NCBI RefSeq assembly: GCF_009914755.1
Contig: NC_060928.1
DNA from: the human T2T-CHM13v2.0 reference genome, Homo sapiens
Direction: 5' to 3' (one strand)
Length of the DNA stretch: 64,000 nucleotides
Numbering within the stretch: position 1 is the stretch's first letter; every line of letters begins with the position of its first letter. The notes beneath the pieces are model-generated. The model had not been told where the DNA came from. It saw only the letters and a program-made list of their open reading frames with translations, and searched no databases. The position numbers were made by a program, and so were the translations under genes. Below, in pieces: positions 56,391 through 64,000 of this stretch.

Positions 56391-57969
56391 CTGTCAAAGA
56401 ATTTTAACCATTATCCTTTTCCAGAGATACTTATAAATGCATTTTGTCTTTTTGGAGATACTCCAAATATTAAAAGTTAACATGCTCTAATTTTGATCTG
56501 CCACCCAAATGTGTTTGATGCCTTTCTTATTTTAGGATTCAAAGATATTGGCTTCTACTTCCCAGTTCCCTCCATGGTCCTGGAGACATAAAGTAATTGT
56601 GGATGTTTTATATGCTTTGGTTTGAGATTTGATCTGTAAATCAAACCTTATTTGATTTATATATTATTTCCCAGAAATATCTGGGAAGGTATTCTCCCAC
56701 CTCTTCCCCAATACCTAGGTCATTTAGCCCTCAGTCTATCCATGAACACATTTTCCCAAAGCAAATGCAGTCAGCCCACCAGAAAAGAGACGGAGCTCCA
56801 GATCCCAGGATTCTTTCCCTTTAGTTCTTTTGGAAAGATTTATTGTAAAATTTCTATGCTATTCTGTCATTTTCTATGCTATTTCTGTAACTTTCACTGT
56901 CTACTCTTTACATTCCCTACCTCAAATCTTCTTTTTCTAATTATCTTCAACATAATATTATTTCTCAAATAGTGCTTGTATTCTTCCATCACATCTACTC
57001 TTCCTCCAGTGTTTCCATGTCCCCATAAATGGTAAAATCATTTATCTACTGCCCTGCCTGTGCCAGATGCCTGAATTTAATGGCCAAATGTTGATTCCAA
57101 CTTTCTTGGCAATGATTGGTCTAGAAATTAGCAAATGACCCAATCTGGCTAACATGAAGTAGAGACTTAATTGGGCTTTTAGGGAAGTCGTTACTTCTAC
57201 AAACCCTTTTGAAAGTAATCCCTTTCTTCTCCTGAGTATTGTTGCACATAAGAGCCCATCTTGTCCTCAACCATCTTGTCCTGTAACCGTCTTGTCCTCA
57301 GCCTGAAGGTTAGGCCGACCCATGGATTTAGGGTCCACTTCAGCCAACTTTCAATCAAGCCAATGCATTTCCTTCGTGTCCAAGCTAGTCTGAGTTGTTT
57401 TCTTTGATTTGCTGTGGACGTTGTTCTAACTGATACTTCACAGCACGGGTTACATTTCTAAAAGTACTGTCAATCAATGGAGTAAATTTTAAGTATCTTG
57501 GAAATTCACTTGTGCCAATCTACATGCTATTTTTCTATGATCTTTTTTTTCTCACAGGAGTTTGAGTTACCCTAAATCAAGATGGATGCTATGGTGACAG
57601 TCCTGTCTGCATTAATTTGAGGAAACTATGTTTCCCATTTGATTCAGTTCTTGGACAGTTATTCTCATGGGTGCAAAAGAATGCATTATTTAACCTCTTG
57701 TCTAGAGCATTCTCATATGAGCTATTGCTTGTGCTCCTCCCTTGGCACCAGAGGACAGATTTTCTGAGTCTTGAGGCCTGCTTTCCAGGGGAATTTAATT
57801 ATGCTGCATATGGCTTAGCCTTGTGAATTTTCTTCCCATATTTTTCTTCAATAATGATGTCTCTGTCCTTTCCACATTCTAACTGCCCATCAACCTAGGG
57901 AAAACGAGATGCTGGGATCATGTTTTTTACTTCTGGACTATTTCTTAATAGATAAAGTGGACTTGAACC

Positions 57970-59100
57970 TTAGGGACCAGATCAGAAAAATTCTGAGTCA
58001 TTATCTCTTCAAATATGTTTTTTACTCCCATTCTTTCCATCCTGTTCTTCTGGAACTCCAATTAGGTATTTTTCAACTTTGTCACTTTATTCTCAATATC
58101 TTTCTATTTGTCTTCAGATTTTCAGCTCCTCTCTCTATGCTACATTCTGGTAACTCCTTCTGATCTTTCAGTTCACTATTTCTGTCTTCTGTTGTGTCTA
58201 AACTGCAGTTTAACATGCCCACTGAATTTCTATTTAAAATGACCATATTTTTCAATTCTGGCAGTTCTACTTTTCTGTCTTCTTCAAATCAGCCTGATCT
58301 CTTTAAATAATCTTTTGATCCTTTTTCATACTTTTGATAGCCTATTTTATTACTTAAAACACTTATTTCATATTCTGGTCCCATAATTCAAGTGTCTTTG
58401 TTTTTGCAGGTCTGATTCTGCCATCTGTTGCTTCTACTGATTGTTCACACTCACAATGACTGTTTCCTCATGGTTTTCTGGTTCTAATGTCAGTTCATAT
58501 TCGTTGGAACTTTGTCAATAGAAATCATCTGAATCTAGGGTTTAAGATGTGTTTGCCAGAGAAGATTTGGGTCTGTTTCTGCCTGACTTTTAGTGAGACA
58601 AAAATCCAGGCAGAATATTTTGGTTTGGAATTTTTTTTTCAGGTCACACAGGAGTGTGAGTTCTGGCCCTAAATGCCTATAAGTTTGTGGTTAGGAGTTT
58701 TCCTTTATTTCCTTTCTACCTGAAGCTGTGGTTGTTCTAGGAGGTATCCTCACTCTCTGCTTATACACACAAAAAAACTGAATATGAGTTTTCTATTTCA
58801 GGGTCCAAGCCTTATGTGGAGTCTCTCTTCCAACTGCTCATGTTCTGGGTCTTCTAGTACCTTTTCCCTGTGTCTCTCATGTGGTTGTTGAATGCTCAGA
58901 TTTGAGGACATCAAATGTTCCCTATGGAAAAATACTTCCTATCTCAATGATTTTGCATTTTCTTGACCTTTATAGCCTTAGGAATTTTTTTGTTTTGTCT
59001 TATGATGATTCAGCTATGCATTATCAAAAGACATTTTCCATATTTATCCAGGATTTTGAGTCTCTGGTCTTGGGAGGCATTTTCTGGACATCTAGTCCTC
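57970..59100 (-). mobile_element. Old L1M ORF1/5' fragment
   Basis: aaaattctgagtcattatctcttcaaatatg...tctggaactccaattagg...tcagttcactatttctgtcttctg. Confidence 0.55.
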
Positions 59101-59955
59101 TGTGTTTCCTAACCTAGCAGTGCTCATTTTCATATGGCATAATCTTCCTCCAGATTAATCCCATTTAAAATGTCTGTCTAGCTACAGTTTCTTGGGGCTT
59201 CTATTCAGGAGTAATCCACAGCAAGGGCCTCAGGTTCATACTGGCCAAATTGCTTAATCACTGCATTGCTGCCTGTGTGACCGGTGATCCCTCAGAGATT
59301 ACTGCTGTGCTTGGTGACCATTCCTGGGACAAAACACTGCTCTTCCCTTAGCTACTCTTTTTAGGGCATGGCACAGATCTTATCCATTTCTCCACTTCTG
59401 ACTGAAGGCTTGGAGGTCTGGAAATAGAATACAAGTTATGTTGCCACTAGAGGTGGCACTCACAGGCCTAAACCTAACCTTAGAATTCTTTACCACGTGG
59501 GTGATCTACCTGGACATAGTCACATGCTGGAAGCCCTTCTACCTCATCTGGTGTAGTCACGTGCTGGAGGCCCTTTCATCCTCTATCACTGAGTGTACAC
59601 ACCATCTTCATTCTCCAGAATTCAGTCTAAAGGGAGTGACAGCAGCACCCCCTTTACAATCCCTTACTCCCACATTTCACATCTACCTATTGCCCCATTA
59701 CCTGTTCCAGGATTTCTCCCTTAAAAGGATAATTGATATGGAAATAGCTATTCTGATCAGGTGACTCCCCTTCTCCTCTCTTAAGAATGTAATCTGGCCA
59801 CATGGGCCCCCAAGACAATAAACGAGTCACTGCATTTTCTAAAGTCAGGTTTTGTATGTTAAGAGCTCCCCCAACTCCTCTTGTGTAAGGCACAAAACAG
59901 TATGGTCCAGGCTATGCTAGGCCAAGCAGAGCCCAGCTCCTTTCTTCAGGCTCTC

Positions 59956-60426
59956 TGATATGGCTTGGCTGTGTCCCCACTCAAATGTCATCTTGAATTG
60001 TAGTTCTCATAATCCCCACTTGTCATAGAAGAGACCTGGTAGGAGGTCATTGAATCATGAGGGTAGCTAACCCTTTGTTGTTCTTGTGACAGTGAGTAAG
60101 TTCTCACAAGATCTGATGATATACCATTTACCACATCATATATTATTTATATCATTATAAATGATATCATATACATTTATATCTGATGGTATATCATTTA
60201 TAAATATATGATATTTATAAGGGGCTTTTCCCTCACTTCGCTCTGCACTTCTCCTTGCTGTTGCCATATGAAGAAGGACATGTTTGCGTCCCTTTCTGCC
60301 ATGATTGTTAAGTTTCCTGAGACCTCCCCAGCCATGCTGAACTGTGAGTCAATTAAACCTCTTTCCTTTATAAATTACCCAGTCTCAGGTATGTCTTTAT
60401 TAGCAGCATGAGAACAGACTAATGCA
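59956..60426 (+). mobile_element. THE1C/D-like MaLR solo LTR with a ~95-bp AT-rich insert
   Basis: tgatatggcttggctgtgtcccc...aattaaacctctttcctttataaattacccagtctcagg...actaatgca; TSD ctctc/cactc. Confidence 0.9.
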
Positions 60427-60637
60427 CACTCCTTCAGCACAAGGTAAGAAAAGGCTGGCCCTTTATGTCCATCTGCCAGGGCCTCACTTTTGCCTCTTAG
60501 ATATGGACAAGGACATGTGCATTTTCTATGAAAAATTAGTATAATTCTGAGAGCTAGGACTGCATCTGTGTTTAGAAGGAAAAAAAGCATTCTCTTACTA
60601 TACAGGGTACCAGTGTTTAAAGTAACTGTTATGCATT

Positions 60638-61084
60638 TGTTATGGTTAGTCTTTTGTGTCCACTGGCTGGGCCATGGTGCATGGATATGCAGTCAAACAT
60701 TATGCTGGATGTTTCTGTGAGACTGTTTTTGGATTTATATTTATATTTAATATTTATATTTTGATTTAAATTTGTATTTAAATTGGTGGACTTTGAGTAA
60801 AGCAGATTGTCTTCCATGAGGTGGGTGGGCTTCATCCAATCAGCTGAAGGCCTGAATAGAACAAAAGACTGAGCTCCCCTGCGTAAGAGAGAAATCTGCA
60901 GCAGATGGTCTTCAGAGTGAACTGCAGCATTGGCTCTTCCTGGGTTTTCAGTCTGCTGGTCTACCCTGCAGATTTTGGCCTTGCCAGTCTCTATAAGTAC
61001 ATCAGCCAGTTCTTTAAAATATATCTCTTTCTCCTTATATATATACATCCTGTGGGTTCTGGTTCTCTGGACAACCCTAATATA
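60638..61084 (+). mobile_element. MLT2D-like ERVL solo LTR
   Basis: gactttgagtaaagcagattgtc...catccaatcagctgaaggcctgaatagaacaaaagactg; TSD gcatt/gcact. Confidence 0.85.
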
Positions 61085-61099
61085 GCACTTGGAAATGGA

Positions 61100-62000
61100 A
61101 GATTTCATTTAAGGCTGGAAGCATCTGCATTCTCTCTCTCTGGGATTCCACAATTCTCTTTCCTGGCTTTTCTTTCTACCACGCTAGCCCTCTCTGCTGT
61201 CCCCATTTCCTCTATCTGCTCTCTTGATGTTGCGTCTCTTTGAAAGGAACTGTCCTGTTCTGGTTGTCTCCATCTACTCTCTCTCTCCTAAGAGATTTCA
61301 GTTAACCTATGGCTCTATGTTTAAGATGCTTCAATCTATATTTCAAACTTTAATCCATTCTCTGAGTTCCAGATGTACGTAGCCAAGTCCCTACTAGACA
61401 ACTCCATCTGGATATTTCACAACTCCATCTGGATATCTCACAGACTTCTTAAACTTAGCTTTGTCAAAACAGAATTTACCCCCTCCCAGACCAATTAAGT
61501 GGTGGTTCATTAACAATACTTGGGCAAGTTATGTAGCCTTTCTGACCCTCAGGGTCCTGGTCCATAAAATGAAGATAATAGTAGTATGAGGATTAAAATA
61601 GCAAATACATGTAAAAACACTTAACACAGTGCTTAGTATGTATCATATGCTACACGCTATTGCTCTGTTGTATTTTATTTTTTTCCTTCAATATGCTACA
61701 GCTAGATTATAAACTCCATGAGGTCAAGGATCTTTTCTGCAGAGTCCAGAACAGTACCTTGCATATGAAAGGTGCTCATTAAATATTGGCTAAATGAATA
61801 TAAAAGAGGAAATATACCCAGGTACTAAAACCTAGGATTTATCTTTGATTTTTTTCCTTTTTTTTTCATGCCCTACTGAACCAATTTATCAGTGAGAACT
61901 GTTAACCCTACTTCCAAAATACATCTTAAATCTGTTTCACAAGTACTCCCTAGTCCAGAAAACCATCATCACTTTGTTAGACTACTGTGATAGTCTAACT
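61100..62000 (+). mobile_element. L2 and MIR fragments
   Basis: ctctgagttccagatgtacgtagccaagtccctactagacaactccatctggat (L2); cttgggcaagttatg...taaaatgaagataatag (MIR). Confidence 0.65.
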
Positions 62001-62111
62001 TTTTTGTTTTGTTGTTTCCTGTTTATTATACAATCTGAAATTTGAAACATATTAGGGAAAATGGCATGGGAGAATATAGGTAGGAGGTTGAAACTGAACA
62101 CTTCTTCTCAC

Positions 62112-62783
62112 CTAAAAGGAGAAAATGATGCCCAGAGGAGTCCACATCTGGGTATTTCTCAATCTAGGCTCTAGCTGGTACCCTGCTGGCTGGGACCAGG
62201 TCATGGCCAGCACCTCTATGACATGTTCAGAGCTGAAGTTATGCTTGGTTGTGTTTCTGAGAAAAGATCTGTCTAGGGAGTGGCTTAGCTGCTTCAGGAG
62301 CTGCATCATGATTTGCTTCTGGTCCTTACCAAGTCCTGCCCAGGTAAGCCCTGGTTGTCTGCCCAGTGGGGCCAGAGCTGAGAGTACACTCTTTTGTATG
62401 GTGAATGGGATTGTGAAGAAATCCCCCAGTGCAGGACAGCCAGCAGAGCATGTCCTGGGGGCCACAGGCAGCCAAGAGGTCTGGGGTCTGGTGCTGGGGT
62501 GGGTGCTGAGAGCTGCCTTAGATATTCTGTGGTTTTCTATCTTCACCTCTGGGCCTTTCCCTATCATCTGTTTAGAGTCAGAAGCATCTCTCAAACAGAA
62601 GATGCCACCAGCTCTGTAGAACATGTTCCTACAGTTTACCTCCTCGAATGCAGCTTTAGGATAGGGAGAGAGAATACGAGAGAAGAGATGCTTTTGGATA
62701 GTCTTTCTATTCCTCCTGAAAACTTTATCCCCTTGTCTTGAAATACCTGCTGAGGAGAAAAGGGAGAGGAGAAAGTCTGCCAT
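62112..62783 (-). other. Candidate exon / 223-aa ORF in non-repetitive sequence (function unknown)
   Basis: Longest non-TE ORF in the window; polypyrimidine tract + NAGNAG acceptor at 62751-62747; AG|GTGAGA at 62112/62111; downstream AATAAA at 62027-62022; no recognisable domain. Confidence 0.3.
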
Positions 62784-64000
62784 TTGGCACTAAATAACTT
62801 GTTGGACTGAAATGGAATGAGGATAATGGAGTACGTTCTTCTTGGGAGAACATGACTTTAAACATTCTGCTTTAATATCTGATATCATGAAATTGTTTAG
62901 CCAGCTTGCAAATGAATGCTTTACCCAAGAGTGTGTGTGGGCAACAGTGAGTCTCAAGGGATGATGGGTTCCATCTGACAATTAGGTGTCTTTGCCACTG
63001 TGGAAGGTTGTGGAATCAGCTGCACTTGAATCAAATAAAATTAGTATTTGCTTCAAACCCATTATATGCTCACTATGGTAACAAATATCAAGAGGATGTA
63101 AGGATGCATTTTCCATTGTTACTAGAGAGACAAGAGGTATAGGCTGGGAACAACCTGAATTATGCAAAAATAATATGGTTGCATAGTCTATTAAGGTATC
63201 AAACTGTGTCTTTCTTTCTCATATCCTAAACCCATCGGAGTTGTTTTTTTTTTTTTTCATACCCTAAAGGCTTCATCCTTATATGAGTCATGAGGAACAA
63301 AAGTTGAGATAAGTCTACAATTGGGTGGCTTGGTTAGGTGACCTACTGTTATAAGAAAATTTCAATGTATGTTTCAGGAGCCAGGTTTTCCTCTTTGAGA
63401 GCTAGATTAACTGTGTCACAGGCTGGGAAAGAGATGACTGGAAGGTATCCTAAAGGCTTGAGAGCTACAAGAGAAAAGCTGTGAAGCCACCAGAGTTAGG
63501 GTGCTGCGTGGAACCTGAGCCGGGCAAAAGTTGTTCTCTGGCTGCTTCCTGGTGAGGACCAGCTATCAACCATAGGGCTCAGCCTATTGTTGTTAAAGAG
63601 TCATCTGTATCCCAAGGCTCTGTCTTAGTCTTGTCCAGTCCATTGAGTGGGTATGCCTTCTCTTAGATTTAGATTCTTGGTAACCCCTCCTGGATGGGCA
63701 GATGAGATGCTGGGACCCCTACAAGGTGTTAGTAGTGTGAAGGTATAGCTTTGCCCCTAGTCAAGGGGGGACTTACAGAACTTTTAAAATATCTCCCCCT
63801 GAGCCAGGAAAGTGGTAGAACACAACACAAGTGTACCTAAGTTCTCAAGGGGTGAATATTATTAGGTGGACATAAGATATAATATCCAACTTGGGTCTGT
63901 AATGGTGACGCTGACTATCCCTTGTGCAGACGCAGCCTGAGTCCCCACAGGTTGGGTAAAACAAATCTGAACAACCATCCAAGAGTCAGAAGAGAGGTTT

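Noticed and set aside
57525-57560. Strong plus-strand splice acceptor (tctttttttctcacag)
   Set aside because: No convincing donor or ORF downstream; such tracts are common in T-rich DNA
59441-59460. CTCF site (ccactagaggtggcac)
   Set aside because: Two extra bases separate the CCACTAG and GGTGGCAC halves, so neither register fits the core consensus well
60629-61108. 159-aa ORF on the minus strand
   Set aside because: Coincides with the MLT2D-like LTR; no coding features
61400-61437. caactccatctggatat tandem duplication (similar case at ~27987-28027)
   Set aside because: Simple slippage duplications inside old repeats with no sign of function

Overview
Primate (human/ape-like) non-coding genomic DNA, AT-rich and CpG-depleted, with roughly 60% (estimated by eye) made of interspersed repeats. 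It holds a near full-length L1PB on the minus strand (8.9-15.4 kb) and a complete THE1/MST MaLR provirus (18.4-24.6 kb) carrying a nested Alu and a 5'-truncated L1PA3-like element. There are also about ten Alus/FLAM, many solo LTRs (LTR12, THE1, MST, MLT1/2, LTR16, an LTR22-like copy) and ancient MIR, L2, L3, L1M and MER fragments. I see no recognisable host protein-coding gene, RNA gene or CRISPR array, and no multi-gene system. Almost every ORF in the track is repeat-derived or chance. The signals most worth checking are: (1) a 91-bp 3' transduction on the young L1; (2) five A>G changes in 45 bp of that L1's 3'UTR, suggesting ADAR editing of the RNA before insertion; (3) two interlocking local duplications at 50.5-53.9 kb; (4) a ~140-bp palindromic element bounded by 8-bp direct repeats at 32.3 kb; (5) two candidate exons/ORFs in unique sequence (45.8-46.05 kb plus strand, between inverted Alus; 62.1-62.8 kb minus strand, 223 aa). 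Repeat subfamily names come from recalled consensus sequences, and boundaries of old repeats are approximate.
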